Notes: generated by a model not told the origin, from the sequence alone. A stretch of 64,000 nucleotides of DNA from Paraspadella gotoi (GCA_051294375.1 CM119269.1:3346657-3410656); one strand, 5' to 3'. Shown: positions 27,962-42,648, counted from the stretch's first letter. Made by a program: numbers and translations.

Positions 27962-28922
27962 TTCTTTCTTTCTTTCTCTCTTCTTTCTTTTTTTCTTTCT
28001 TTCTTTCCAATTCCTATTCCGTTCTCAATCCATTTTCTGCCCCAATAATGGTTTTGAGTTCGGACAAATTCGGTCGGGGTCTGCCCTCGGAATATTTCTT
28101 CCACTCGGATCGTAATGGCACCTCGTATCCGACTCACAAGGACCCTCGCCCCTCCTCTCTACGATCCTCATTCCTCCTTTCTCCTCCTTCCTCCTTCTCC
28201 TTCTTCTCCTCCTTCATACCTTCCTCCTCTCTCCTCTCTCCTATTTCTTCCTTCTTTCATCCTTTTCCTCCGTTGAGTCACTTCTCTTCTCTCTCTCTCT
28301 CTTCTCGTCCTCTCTCTCTCCTCTCTCTCTTCTCTCTCTCTCTCATCATCTTCTCCTCTCCTCTCTCTCTCTCTCCTCATTCACGTGCCTCTGTTTTTCT
28401 GATTTTCCTCATCGAAAATTATGACCACGCCTCGACTTTTTCGCCAACGACTTTCTTCGGCGGGACGCCCCTTTTTTTTAATGGAGAACGAGGCGTATTT
28501 ACAGTTACTTTCTTCTATTAAATTTAATTACTATCTTAAGGGGGAAGGGAACAAAAACAATAACTTTTTCTTCTTTTTTTTTCAGTTTTAAAGATTAAAA
28601 ACTTGAAAAGATGTGAATTATTATTTTTATCTTCAAGCTGTTTTGATTTGGATGCAACACTGATACACGCTTTGATAGACGTCCAGATCTTGAATTTTCT
28701 CTATTTTTCGGCCGTTTAAATTTTCGATTTTAATGAAAACCAAACATTCTAATTCGTCAAATAAAGTTGAATAAAAAAATTCACAAGAGCGCTATCGACG
28801 TTTCTCCCGATAAATTACTCGGACGAGTCTTTGTCTTTCTTCGTCCATCTTTCTCTCCATCTCTTGTCTTTTAGCCTCGGGCTCAGTCACCAGCTGATTC
28901 CTCGGAGCTCTGTTTAAATGAG

Positions 28923-28965
<43 letters not shown>

Positions 28966-29852
28966 CTCTCTCTTCTCTCTCTCTCTTCTCCTCTCTCTCC
29001 CCTCTTCGCCAGTTTCGGAATTCCTCTCTCTCATTGCACGCCACCGTCCGCGCGCCCGGCGCCCCTGTCACCTTGAACTTTTCACGCGTCGTCGGCACCA
29101 TTCCATTTCTCAGTTCACTTCTGCATTCGCTTCTACGCATTCCGAGCCGGCATTATTTCCCCGCTCTTTCTTGTTGCCAACGTCGAGTTTCTCTCTTTCT
29201 TCTCTCTCCTTCCCTCTCTCTCTCTCTCCTCTTCCTCTCTCTTCCTTCTCTCTCTCTCTGTTTTAACGCTTAATATCTGTCCAAACTCTTTATTTTTTGT
29301 TGTTAGAGATCGATGTTTGTTGTCTCTACTTTTTTTCGCCGATTTTCCTACGAACAGAAAAAAAACTCGTGGATGTTGTTTGCTTTATTATCCACGATCA
29401 AGAATTCAAAAAATGGATTTAAGGCCAAAAAAATCATCCCCTCGGATTTTTTTTCCGTCTGCCTTTAATTCAGTCCGATCCAATTTGTTGCGTTATCGTC
29501 CATCTGTCTGTTTTTTATATTCTAAATATATCTGTCTGTCCCTCTCAGTTTCTCCTCTCTTTTCTCTCCTTCCCTTTTTCCACCCCGCTCTCCTTCTTTA
29601 CTTTCTCTCTGCGAAAGCCGGGTTTTAAAATTTCGATGTGGAAACACATTTCACGACCGCATTCCTTCACGAGTATATTCCACAAATGAAATTTCGCAGG
29701 TCGCGACGTCGAAAACGACACGACGACGACTACGACGACGACGACGCACGACGACACGGATGAATGGGAAGCGGATTCTTATGGAAATTATATTAGAAAA
29801 CGCATTACGGCGCAAGGGCGAGAGAGAGAGAGAGAGAGAGAGAAGAGAGAGG

Positions 29853-29908
<56 letters not shown>

Positions 29909-32900
29909 TCTAAAAATTAGAAACGCGTAAGAAAAGACATCCGGCCATAACCTACCCATCGTACGCTTAACTTTAACCCCAAAATCCATTCATAATTAAC
30001 ATCGATAACCGTTACAAAGTCGAGTAACCCCCCCAACTCCCCCCTCGCCCGACTCCTTTCATAAGAGTAACACAAACAGGGAAACCGGCCAAAAAAAAAA
30101 AAAAAAAAAAAAATATTTCGAGTGTTTGTTTTTTCTTGGAAATCGTCTCCGCGCTGGAAACTGTGGGAAAACCTCGATCAAAACATCTGCTTTCATCTAG
30201 ATTTTCTTTTTTTTCATCTTTTATTCTTGAATTAATTTATGATTCGGGATTCGATATCTTGATTCAGAAAGAAGTGGGTCTCGTCGATTTAACGATTTCC
30301 ACGGGCAAAAGAAAAAAGGATTTGCGTGGTTTACTTAAGTAAATGGTCCTGTGAATTTATCTGTAAAGCCATCTGTAAAACCATCTGAAGAGCTTTGAGC
30401 ACCTCGAGTATATCGATCCGAGTCGCGCGATTTTTCGGCCTTGAAGAGAGAGAGATAAGAAAAAGTAAAAGATAAGAAGAAGAAAACAAGGAAGAGAGAA
30501 AAATAAAAAATAAAAAAAAAAACAAGAGGAAGAAGAAGATTCGAGGTCTTCTCCTTTCTCACCAAGAAACCAATCAAAGGGTCGGATAAGCGAAGACGAT
30601 TGAGCGTCGCTTGTCTTCACGTCGTCCTCCTTCTTTCGCTCGGCTCTCTCCTCTTTCGAATGCCTCGCGACGTCAGAGACGCGGATTCTCAATTCTCAGA
30701 AGCGATAAAAAGAAAAAAAAAAAGATTGAAAAGGAGATTTGCGGTGCGAAGAAGAAGAAGAAGAAAGAGAAGAACGGAAACGAGGGTCGAAGGGCGGAAC
30801 GACTTCGTGAAGGGCGTGGGCTGCGGTTTTGTGGGTTTTCGTGGGTTCATGGGTTGTGGAGGTTGGTTCGGTGGACCGGAATTGGATGTCTCTGGAGTGG
30901 TCAGAGGTCACTGGTTTTTGACTCGTCAATATTGTTGGCGGACGTTAATTTCTTTCATTTAAAATTTTAAACTTGATCTAATTATTTAAAAAGAAAGGGC
31001 GAAAAACATATTAAAAAATAAACAAATAAAACTAGAAAACAAGAGACCGCCATTACAAAATAAATTAAAAAGAAAACATTTAAAGTCAACCTTCTTATGA
31101 TGGATGCGTAACGGGGAACGCATCTTCAAGAAATTGAATAACAAGTATGAGTCATGATGTTCGTTTTTCTGGAGGCTTTTGGTTTCAAATGGAATCGCCA
31201 GGCGATGGTGGCATCAGAAGGTGGAAAAATATTAAATGACCACCAGTACTTAAACCATTTCATTGGTGGTTGACATTTCGGAAGCTCGAATAGTTCAGGC
31301 GAAAACGACGACGACAACGAAGACGATGAATACGACGACGAATACGACGACGACGACGAAGTCTTTCTACTTTTCGACATTAAAGTAGACATTAAACATT
31401 TTTTTTTTCAATTTTCACCCGACCCTATTTACAACTTCGGAGCAACCTAATTCGTTCGCTAATGAAAGGATTCCCCGCAAAAACGACAGCCTGTTCCACA
31501 CCATCCAACGCGCATGCGCGGCACCGCCGTGGAAACGCGGTCACGATTCTTAAACATTTAGAAGAAAAAAAAGTGAGAGTGAGACCGGGATTAATCGCTC
31601 CCTCTAAATCTACCGCCGGCGCTAATGCGTTTTCCGCGCGCGCAACGCCGCCCCCATCGCGCGCACCGACGGATTTGGCTGGAGCACGCGCAATGGCGCG
31701 CCACCGGCGCCGCCAGACGCTCGATCACGTGATTCTCGAGTGACGCTCACGACCTCGCGTCGCCGGCGTCGGCGTTCGGCANNNNNNNNNNNNNNNNNNN
31801 NNNNNNTAGCGACGATGAGTCATTCCGCTCTCTTCCCCGGCGCCTCAAACGTCGTGGGAACCGGCGACGTCTACAAGCGGCGCTCGAGAACCGGACGGTT
31901 CCTCTTAAGAAATTCATTCGATTTTAATGAAATTCAATTTCGAATTCACACATAATTTTTCTTTGTCATTCTTGGGGGAAATAAATGAGTTGACATTCCA
32001 GATGCTTTTACAGATTCAGATTCAGATTCAGATTCAGATTCAGATGCTTTTACAGATTCAGCTGAATTTGTTCTCCATCATTTTTTCCTTTCATCATTCA
32101 TTATTTTTTTTAATATCCTTTTAGTAATTAATATTATGCTCTATTTGAGTGAATAGATTTTTGATTTGAATGTAGACATATCAAGAAAACGTCATACAAT
32201 GACATCATATTTTAAAATAAACGATTAACTTCTTTGCTTTTTAAATATGTTCCAGTCGACTTCGCATCAAACTATTCACTCTGAAAGAAGTTATACATAA
32301 TAAAACGTATCTTATTTTTCCTAAACATTTATTACATTTTCCCATACGAAATTAAATCAAACAAACTGCGACAAGTCACGTCCTACCCTTTTTATCGGTC
32401 AGTCTTTCTTGCTCGCCCGCGTTTGACCTGGTTCCATCTTTTCAGCCGCCATATGCCGCCACTACAACCCGGCGATTACAATACAAGGACGCTGATGACG
32501 AAAAAGACGACGACGACGACGACGACGACACTTACTGCGGGGACGACGACGACGACGAAAATGACGAAAACCTTTCTATAACTTTATCGCTTCTTTCCGC
32601 CTACGCGATTTTCTCCGCTCGAAATTCCACGATTTTCGATTCACAAAATCTATTTTCTTTTTCGTCAGAAACTGGAAATCTGGGTTCGTCTCGCTTCCGC
32701 TTTCGTGATTCTCACAGAACGTAATTCGCTTTACCAGTGACCAGCTTCGAACACAATGTGGAGAGAGAGAGAGAGANNNNNNNNNNNNNNNNNNNNNNNN
32801 NNNNNNNNNNNNNNNNNNNNNNNNNNNNNNNNNNNNNNNNNNNNNNNNNNNNNNNNNNNNNNNNNNNNNNNNNNNNNNNNNNNNNNNNNNNNNNNNNNNN

Positions 32901-33949
32901 NNNNNNNNNNNNNNNNNNNNNNNNNAACTTCGTTTCCTTTTGTTTCTTCTTATCAGAGAAAAGATAAAAACGAAGAGAATAAAAAGAGAAGGGAGAAAGC
33001 AGAGAAAATTATAGAACGAGGAAAGTTGAGAGAGAAAAAAGAGAAGTAAAATAATAAAGATATAAAGATAAAGCGCGAAAAGAATCAAATAGTATAGTGA
33101 GAGAATAATAAAGATAAAAGTAAAAATAATGATAAAGGCAGACGCGAAAAATAAGAAAAAGAAAAATACAAAAATTGCATTTAAGCGCTTAGGAAATCCA
33201 ATAGAGGAGTTGGAAAGAGAGAAAAGAAAGTAACAAAAGAAAAGGAAAAAAGATAATATTTGTTCAACCAAAAAAAAAGGATAAAAACTTGGAAAAAAAT
33301 CGTTCGAACATTTGAAAATTTAAAGGATTAAATCGTTGAATGACAATTTACCACTATTTAAAATTTTAAAGAAACCCTTCCGACTCGTCGTTTTTCATCT
33401 TGAAAAAATCAAAACGGCACAATAAAATACAAAAAGGCAAAAAAGTAAATTATAAATGAATATTTTATCAATAAAAACAATGACTAAGTAACTCAATTTC
33501 TGCAACGTCGCTAACAACGTTCTCTTGCCTCCAACAACAATAACTCGAGGATTAAAACTACAACGACAACGACGACAACAACGATAGCGAAGATAAGGAG
33601 CGTAACTCTGTCGGATCGTCTCCAACAAAAGAGCAATAAAAGCGCCGACTGTCGGAGAAAACGGGCGACGTTGGCGAGAGAGCCGGGCGTGGCGCAAGGA
33701 CAGAGGGATTCGGCCGGAAGATTGCAAATGGAAATGGAAATAGCGTCGGGGTCTTCGTCTTAGTTTACATGATTTTCTTTTGTAAAGTAAACTTGATTTT
33801 AAAGAGACAATGTTTTATAATTATGTATGACCTTACTTTGAAATGATTTCGCCAGGGCAACTACAACAACAGATCATTTTCCATAAAATTCAAAACATCC
33901 GGTAAATCTAAAGCAACAAAACCAAACAGCAACATATCTCAAGTTTCTT

Positions 33950-33961
33950 TTTCTTTTCTTT

Positions 33962-34053
<92 letters not shown>
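33950..34053. repeat. (TTTC)n microsatellite
   Basis: Directly visible. Confidence 0.95.
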
Positions 34054-34181
34054 TTATTTGTTATCTTTTCTTTTCCTTTCTTTATTTTTTCCCGTTCTTT
34101 TAACTTCTTTTAACTTCTTTTTCATTCCATGATTTTTTCTTTTTCTCTCTCTCTTCNNNNNNNNNNNNNNNNNNNNNNNNN

Positions 34182-36511
34182 CTCTCTCTCTCTTACCGCT
34201 CTCTCCTCTCTCTCGTCCATCTCTCTCTCCCTTGCCTCTCTCCCCTCGTCAGCTGTTCGTATAAAAGTTTTTCTGGATGCATTCTTATTCGTTTTCATAC
34301 CCAGCCCGTTGAGTTTTGTGCTTTGGAAAGCCAGTTGGTTGAATTCGTTGGTAATTCAAAATCCAAAGGGATATTTCCCCGTAACAGGAATTGACTAGCG
34401 CAAACGAGATAGAGATATATTGCATGTTGGTTTTCGGCGTCACGCAAACGGTTATTATTTCATTTCACAATCTTGCAATAAAAAAGAGGCTTTATAGCGT
34501 TAGGGCTTACCTTTGTATGAGTTTAATTTTCTATTTTAGGAACTTTTTAGAATATATAAAACCGGAGGAAAGTTTCCTTCGCATTTTCAAAAAACAATCT
34601 TTTTCTGTAAGAAAGACTGAATAAGTCGTTGGTAAAATATACAACCCCGCCGGGTTCGATGCGGAATTCCGTTCAATTCACTGAAGCACAGAAACATCTT
34701 GTTGTTTACATAAAACATTTTAAACGAAGTCCTCTACAAAAAATCGTTCACGGTTTGAAAGGCCACCGCCGACAAAAAATCGCGAGTTCAGTTTTCGCAA
34801 ATTAACTTTTGGCGTTGTCAAATGGAAATTTTTTCATTTCTCGAAACTGGAGAGAGTCTGATGATGAAAAAAAGCGGATTGGAGTTTCGATTTGGAAGTG
34901 GAGCCCGGATGTGCGCGAGGACTCAGATGATCGGAGGTGTGTGTTTTCGTGCTGAGACAGAGAAGGCCAACGATATGCCGGCCAATGAAGAGGGAAAAAG
35001 ACAAAGTAGGAAGGAAAGAATAAAAATGCCGCAGAAGGATGGCGCGGAATTAGAAAAGGAAAGAAATTTAAAAAAAAGAAAAAGAAAAAAGAAAAACAAA
35101 GACAACGTCCGAAATTATTTTGCCGTTGTTTTTCATCTCTTAGCCATCTGTCTTTCAGTTACTTATCAGGTAGGGGTATGTACGAAAATTTTTAAAAAAA
35201 AAATAGTTATTTTCAGCCACTTCCGCTTCCTTCTCTTAAATTTTCTTCTATTATATAGTATTAGATACATAGATCTTTATTGCTTCTCTAGACGTTAGGT
35301 GTTTTAAAATAAAATGTTTTAATCTTTTTCAGCTGTATGTTTTTTATGTTTTCTCAGCATCTTGATAATTTTTTTTTTCATTCTCCATGAATATTGTTTC
35401 AACTTCTCCGCTACCGTATTCTTAATTCAACTTCAACAATCTTTTTTATTTTTTTTTTCTTTTTTCAATTTTTCAAACTGGGCCAGTACTGTGATGATAT
35501 GATCCAAGATAGCAACACTGATGTGCATTCATGTTGGTTCGCTGTGGCCTCCGATTTTGCGCCGCCGTCACGTGACACTTTTGGGATAAGGAGTGGGAAC
35601 AATCTGCAGTGCGGAGATTGAGAATGTTTTGTCCGGCCCAACGTCAGGGGATGTATTATTAATTCTTGCTAAATGGGAAATGAAGAGAAGGAAAAAATAA
35701 AGATTAAAAGAAAAAGAACACAACGACTCAAGGGATTAAGATGCAATAAGAAAGTATAGCAGAAGAAATAGAGAAGACTTAAAGCATCTAAAGACAAGGA
35801 AGAAAAGAAAGACAACAGATTATTAGAAATGAAGATAAAGAAAGGAAGAGAAAAAAGAGAGAACTTGAAAAGATTGAGATGCTTAAAAAAAAAAAAGAAA
35901 GAATGAAGAGAAGATAGCACCCGTGAAAGGCAAAGGAAATAAACGATAAAAAGTAAAAAAAAGCAGAAATGGGAGAAGAAAGGCATAAGGAAAAAAGGAC
36001 TAAACGATCGACCATAAAGCTCTTAAACCAAGCTATAAAAACTTCCGTCGACATAATAAGATGAAATCTAAGAGCGTCAAGGCTCAAGAAGCGGCGATAG
36101 AAATGAGAAGGAAGAAAAGAAAGAAAGAAAGACAAGAATAAGAAAAAAAGCGAAAGAAACGAAATAATGAAACTTTGAAAGATTAGATTTTGAAAAAAAA
36201 AGAAAAGAAAGACAGGGAAAGAAAAGAAATAAAGAAAAAAAAAAGAAAGAGAGAAATAAAGAAATCAAGAACGAATAGAAAGAGAAGAAAGAAAGAAAGA
36301 AATCAAGAGTAAGGAAAGAAAAAAAGAAAAAAAAGAAAGAAAGAAAGAGCAAGAAAGTAAGAACGATTTAGAAAAGGAAATAAGAAAGGATAAGAAGGAA
36401 AAGAAAAGAGAAGGATAAGTGGAAAGGAAAAAAAGAAAGAAAGAATAAAGAAATAAGCCATGACTAAAGAAAGAAGCATAAAGACAGAATACCACAAAGA
36501 TAAGAACGGAT

Positions 36512-36546
<35 letters not shown>

Positions 36547-36842
36547 AAAGAAAGAAAAGAAAAGCATGGAATCGCATGCGGAAACAAATGTATGATTATA
36601 AGTTTTTATTGCTACTAGATGAAATCTAACATTGGAACACAACCATGATAGACGAAGGGAAAGCGAAATTTTTGATCGACGCTGAGCGCCGCTCAGTTGA
36701 GGCCGGCGTCAAAGCGAAAAGATATCCGATTAAACAAACATAGGAAGCATTCGCATGCGGAGACGTGAGTGCCAGTGACATGAGACGGAGTCTCTAATCC
36801 CAGGGGGAGAGAGAGAGAGAGATGAGATCAGAGAGATGGAGC

Positions 36843-36877
<35 letters not shown>

Positions 36878-39794
36878 CAAAGAGAGAGACTGAAGAGAGA
36901 GAAGACTTTAGAGAGGAGAGAGAAAGAGAGGAGAGAGAGAGAGAGGAGAGAGGAGAAGAGAAGCAGAGAGATGAGAGAGCAGGGAGAAAGGGTTATTGAT
37001 TTTTACCGTTTCTTACACGGTTAAACGTTTGCAAAGCCAATAAAAGAAAATAGCCTAAGAAAATTCGTTATTTCTATCGCGAAAAAAAACTTGGAAAGGA
37101 ATTCCTTCAGATTCTGGCCCCCCAAAAAAAGTGTTATCTTAATAGATTTTCTGATAATAAAAAAAAAGAGCATTTCGAGTTCGGATTTCGCCGGAAGAGA
37201 AAAGGATAAAAGCCAATTCGACCTTTGTTTTATTTATTCTTGAACAAATCGGTTTCGAGTTCTACTGCTTAATTGCGACTTAATTCTTTTACAGTTGTTC
37301 GCGATGGATCCATAATTCCTGAATTTTATGTAGATTATCTGTTTAGTTTTTATGCTATTATGTGCTATTAGCTCTGTGCTCAATGCTCATTTATCTTGAA
37401 TGTCAAATTGTTTTTCTTTTATGCGTTTTATCGTTTATCTTTTTATCGTTTTAACTGTTCAAATTGTTTCTTTGTATCTCAGAAAAATTTTTAGGGAGGG
37501 AATAATTATATTTTACAACGAAAAAATTCTATTTTTTTATAACTTTAAAGCCGCTAATATACTTCTGCAGAGCTGCATGGTGTTTGCCCTACCAAATCTT
37601 GAAATTAAACAAACCAGCAGAACGAAGTAAACGAACAAAAGGCTTTATGAATAAACTGAACTACAAGCAATACAAACATCTTTCTGACTTATCGCTCGTC
37701 GAAAATGCTCCCGGGCCGGGGGGGGATGGCGGGGAAAACCCCGGGGGGGATAAATCGGGGCCGTTACGCGACCGTACGGCGAAAAGGTACGGCATCAACG
37801 TAGGAAGCACAAGATTTTTCAATGTAAAACCAGGAGCGGATAAAATTCGGAAAAGGTCAGACCGACGAGAACCATTTGAATATATACATTGTCCGCCGCT
37901 CCGTCTAAAAAAAGAGATTATAGGAAGATAGGAAAACCAATTACTTCGCGTTTTACACTGTTAAATATTTCGCGTTTTTCTTCACGATGATAAAGACCAG
38001 AGAAAAAGATTCAACTCAAGAGGCTTCCGGTGTTAACCAATTAAAATCTCGGAGATAAACTGTATTAGGTCAAAGATCTCGAACGGAATCCAGTTGCAGC
38101 TTGGACATTTTGAAAGGAGTCAAGGCTGGAAAGGGCGCGCCGTTTGGGATGGCAAGGTGGTCACGAACAGGAGGCGCGCGAACGGCGTCTACTTTTCTTG
38201 ATACCGGTTCGATGCAGCACGGGTCCAGGATTCCGACGGAGAAATCTCCGAGTGGTTCGCGGCGGCGGGGGGGTAGCAGAGAAGAGTGGTGGGGCAGCGC
38301 CATGGCGCGTTTGCCCGTGAGGACAAGTTCCTTACTGAGAAAAGCCGAAAAATGTCTTAAGGCTTTGCAGAGAAAAGTGGGAACAGGTTAGGCTGACTGT
38401 TTAGGCATCCTCGGAAAGATGTCTGGGATGGCGAGAAGTTAGGCTATGCTAATGAGGATTGCGTTCTTAAGGCGGTCGCCACGGGGTTAAGGCTCTTATG
38501 GGGGGTCGAGATATATAGGGGTTTGCTTAAAGATAGAATTCACTGGGCGGCGTTCATATCGGCCGTCGTAACATGCTTTATATCAGGGACTTGTTTAGAG
38601 ATGAAAGAAAAGAAAAAAGATCGATGAACCGAAGAGAGAAGCTGCGAGCTACTCTGTTCTACCACCTTCCACCCCAACGCCCCCCTTTCCACCTTGACTC
38701 CTTTCAAAATGTCCAACTAAACTGGATTTCCGTTCGAGATCTTGACCTAATACAGTTATCTCCGCAAATATATTGGTTAAACGGGCCTCCTGAGTTGAAT
38801 CTTTTTCTCTGGTCTTTATCATCGTGAGAANNNNNNNNNNNNNNNNNNNNNNNNNNNNNNNNNNNNNNNNNNNNNNNNNNNNNNNNNNNNNNNNNNNNNN
38901 NNNNNNNNNNNNNNNNNNNNNNNNNNNNNNNNNNNNNNNNNNNNNNNNNNNNNNNNNNNNNNNNNNNNNNNNNNNNNNNNNNNNNNNNNNNNNNNNNNNN
39001 NNNNNNNNNNNNNNNNNNNNNNNNNNNNNNNNNNNNNNNNNNNNNNNNNNNNNNNNNNNNNNNNNNNNNNNNNNNNNNNNNNNNNNNNNNNNACGGTCGC
39101 GTACGCATTCCCGGTTTTCCGCATCGCGCGCATTTTTCGACGAGCGATAAGTAAAGAAAGATGTTTGTATTATGTTTGTGTTCAGTTTATTCATAAACCT
39201 TTCGTTCGTTTACTTCGTTCTGCCGGATGTTTAATTTCAGATTTGTAGCAAAAGCATGAGCTTGCGAGTATATTAGCTTTAAAGTTTAAAAAATGAATTT
39301 TTCATTGTAAAATATATTTTTCCTCCCGAAAATTTTTTCTGAAATAAAAGAAACAATTTGACAGTTAAAACGATAAAAAGATAAAACGATAAAACGATAA
39401 AAGAAACAATATGACATTCAAACGATAAATGAGCATTGAGCAAGAATAATAACACTAATAGCACTAAAAATAAAAAGATGATTCCATAAAATTCAGCAAT
39501 TAGGGATCAATCGCGGACACTGTAAAAGAATTAAGTCGCAATTAAGCAATAGAATCGAAACGATTTGTTCAGAAAAATAAAAAAGGTCGAATTGGCTTTC
39601 ATCCTTTTTCTCTTCCGGCGAATCCGAACTCGATGCTCTTTTTTTTATTATCAGAAAATCTATTAAGTAAACTTTTTTGGGGGCCAGAATTTGAGGAATT
39701 CTTCCAAGTTTTTTCGATAGAAAACTTTCTTAAGCTATTTTCTTTTATTGGCTTTGCAAACGTTTAACTGTAAGAAACGGTAAAAATCAATAAC

Positions 39795-39827
<33 letters not shown>

Positions 39828-40109
39828 NNNNNNNNNNNNNNNNNNNNNNNNNNNNNNNNNNNNNNNNNNNNNNNNNNNNNNNNNNNNNNNNNNNNNNNNN
39901 NNNNNNNNNNNNNNNNNNNNNNNNNNNNNNNNNNNNNNNNNNNNNNNNNNNNNNNNNNNNNNNNNNNNNNNNNNNNNNNNNNNNNNNNNNNNNNNNNNNN
40001 NNNNNNNNNNNNNNNNNNNNNNNNNNNNNNNNNNNNNNNNNNNNNNNNNNNNNNNATGTTAATTTCATTAGTACAAAAATTATAATCCATCTTTGTTTCC
40101 CGCCGATCC

Positions 40110-40145
<36 letters not shown>

Positions 40146-41745
40146 NNNNNNNNNNNNNNNNNNNNNNNNNNNNNNNNNNNNNNNNNNNNNNNNNNNNNNN
40201 NNNNNNNNNNNNNNNNNNNNNNNNNNNNNNNNNNNNNNNNNNNNNNNNNNNNNNNNNNNNNNNNNNNNNNNNNNNNNNNNNNNNNNNNNNNNNNNNNNNN
40301 NNNNNNNNNNNNNNNNNNNNNNNNNNNNNNNNNNNNNNNNNNNNNNNNNNNNNNNNNNNNNNNNNNNNNNNNNNNNNNNNNNNNNNNNNNNNNNNNNNNN
40401 NNNNNTTCTTTCTTTCTTTCTTTTTTTTCTTTATTTCTTTCTTTCCTTCTTTCTTTCTTTTTTTCAATCTATCTTTCAGTTTCATTCTTTCAGTTTCATT
40501 CTTTCTTTCTTTCTTTCTTNNNNNNNNNNNNNNNNNNNNNNNNNNNNNNNNNNNNNNNNNNNNNNNNNNNNNNNNNNNNNNNNNNNNNNNNNNNNNNNNN
40601 NNNNNNNNNNNNNNNNNNNNNNNNNNNNNNNNNNNNNNNNNNNNNNNNNNNNNNNNNNNNNNNNNNNNNNNNNNNNNNNNNNNNNNNNNNNNNNNNNNNN
40701 NNNNNNNNNNNNNNNNNNNNNNNNNNNNNNNNNNNNNNNNNNNNNNNNNNNNNNNNNNNNNNNNNNNNNNNNNNNNNTGAGAAAAATAAACAGCTGAAAA
40801 AGATAACATTTTTATTTAAACCTAAGTCTAAGAGAAAGCAAGAAAGAAATCTATGTATTAAAACTATATAATAGAAGAAAATTTAAGAAGGAAGCGATGC
40901 TGAAATAACTATTTTTTTAAAAATTCGTACATACCCTGATAAGTAACTGATAATTTCGCTTGTCTTTGTTTTCTTTCTTTCTTTTTTTCTTTCTTTCTTT
41001 TCTATCCGCCCATCCTCCATTTTTTATCTTTCTCCTCATTTTCTTTTCCTCTTCATTGACCCATATCTGGCTCTCCTGTCTCACACCTCCGATATCTGAG
41101 TCTCGCACTCTCCTTCCAAACTCCATTTCCCTTTTTCATCAGACTCTTCCTCAGTTTTCGAAATGAAAAATTCATTTGACGCCAAAAGTTAAATTTGCGA
41201 AACTGACCGATTTTTGTCGGCGGTGGCCTTTCAACCGTGAACGATTTTTGTGAGGCTTCGTTTAATGTTTATGTAAACAAAGATGTTTCTCTTCAGTGAA
41301 TTGGAACGGAATTCCGCATCGAACCCGGTTGTTATTTTACAACGACTATTCAGTCTTTATTAACAAAAAAATGTTTTTGAAATGCGAGGAAACTTTCCCG
41401 GTTTTATTCTAAAGTTCCTAAAAATAGATAAAAACTCATAAAAAAGTTAAGCTCTACGCTATAAAGCTTTTTATTGAAATTGTGAATGAAAATATAACCG
41501 TTGGTGACCGAAACATGCAATTTANNNNNNNNNNTTTGCTAGTCAATTCTGTTACGGAAATATCCCTTTGGATTTTGAATTCACCAACGCTTTCAACGGG
41601 CTGGGTAGAAAACGAAAGAATGCATCCAGAACTTTTTACGACTGCAGCCGAGAGAGAGGAGAGAGAGAGGAGAGAGCAGACGAGAGAAGATGAGCAGAGG
41701 AGAAGAGAGAGAGAGGAGAGAGAGACGAGAGAGAGAGAGTCAGAG
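34182..41745. repeat. ~7.5-kb inverted duplication (arms ~34182-38172 and ~38650-41745; ~480-bp spacer)
   Basis: Reverse-complement matches occur throughout. Examples: 34651 CGGGTTCGATGCGGAATTCCGTT vs ~41306 AACGGAATTCCGCATCGAACCCG; 37020-37700 vs 39140-39780; 38102 TTGGACATTTTGAAAGGAGTCAAGG vs ~38692 CCTTGACTCCTTTCAAAATGTCCAA. The right arm is interrupted by N runs. Confidence 0.95.
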
Positions 41746-42548
41746 TAGAGGGGGGATTGTTTAATTTGCATTCCGGAAAGACTTGTTTACAGCTGGCGAA
41801 CGTGCGTACGCGCACATAGTCTGCAGAATCACAAAGGCCGGTGTGGTAAGCGCGGAGGGTTTACGCAGGTTGGTGAGCGCGCCGGGCGGTTTCTGCTTCT
41901 CTCTCCTCTCTCCTCTCTCTCTCTCTTCCTCTCTGCTCTCTCTCTCTCTCTCTCTCTCTCTCTGCTTCTCTCTCTCTCTCTCTCTCTCCGCTTTTCATAA
42001 ACCTACTTAAACAAATATGTGGTTCATGTTTTCCCCCGACAATTCCCTTCACTTTCTCCCATTGCCTTCTTTTTCCGCATTATGCATTAATCAAATTACC
42101 CAACATAATCCGCAACCTGTCTTACCAATAACCCATTTCGTACTCATTTTTTTCCCCGCCAGATCGAAAACGTTCACAACTGCTTGGCGCTTCTGTCGGA
42201 AATCGGCTGTCAACGTCGAAGGCATAAACGCTAAAGACGTCAGAGAAGGGAAACTTAAAAGCGATTCTCGGTCTTATCTTTCGCCCTCTCGCGGTACAAA
42301 CAGGAACAAAAGGCCAAACTTTCAACAGCAACAGCAAGGAGCAACAACAGCGTTCGCCAACACGAGGCGTCGGATACTCGTCTCGCGCTGGAAGGTTACA
42401 AAGATTTTGTTTAATTATTGTATTTAGTACGTAAATACCCATTTTTATGTTTATTTGTTTTTAATATTATTCGGAATAATTTCCACCCGCATTGATCGTC
42501 CGTCATTCTCACCTCACCATATGCATCCCACCCACAATATTCAGAAAG

Positions 42549-42648
42549 CCAATCACGTTCTTCCTCGTCTTTCATAGCAACCAATCGCGACTTCGACCTC
42601 TTCTCTTCCGGCCAATCAGGCCGCGGGGTGGATTGCCGTATCGCCAAT
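42549..42648 (+). promoter_or_regulatory. Four co-oriented CCAAT (NF-Y-type) boxes at 31-32 bp spacing; probable promoter of the 43093 gene
   Basis: CCAATC at 42549, 42581, 42612 and 42644 (flanks AGCCAATCA, AACCAATCG, GGCCAATCA, CGCCAATCA), in CpG-rich DNA about 450 bp upstream of the ATG. Confidence 0.7.

Noticed and set aside
31234-31278. Hairpin AAATGACCACCAGT...ATTGGTGGTTGACATTT as a miRNA or ncRNA
   Set aside because: Stem is only about 14 bp with a bulge, too short for a pre-miRNA, and it matches no family I recognise.
38070-38391. ORFs in the spacer of the large palindrome as a cargo or transposase gene
   Set aside because: Short, with no recognisable motif, and the spacer looks like low-quality turnaround sequence.
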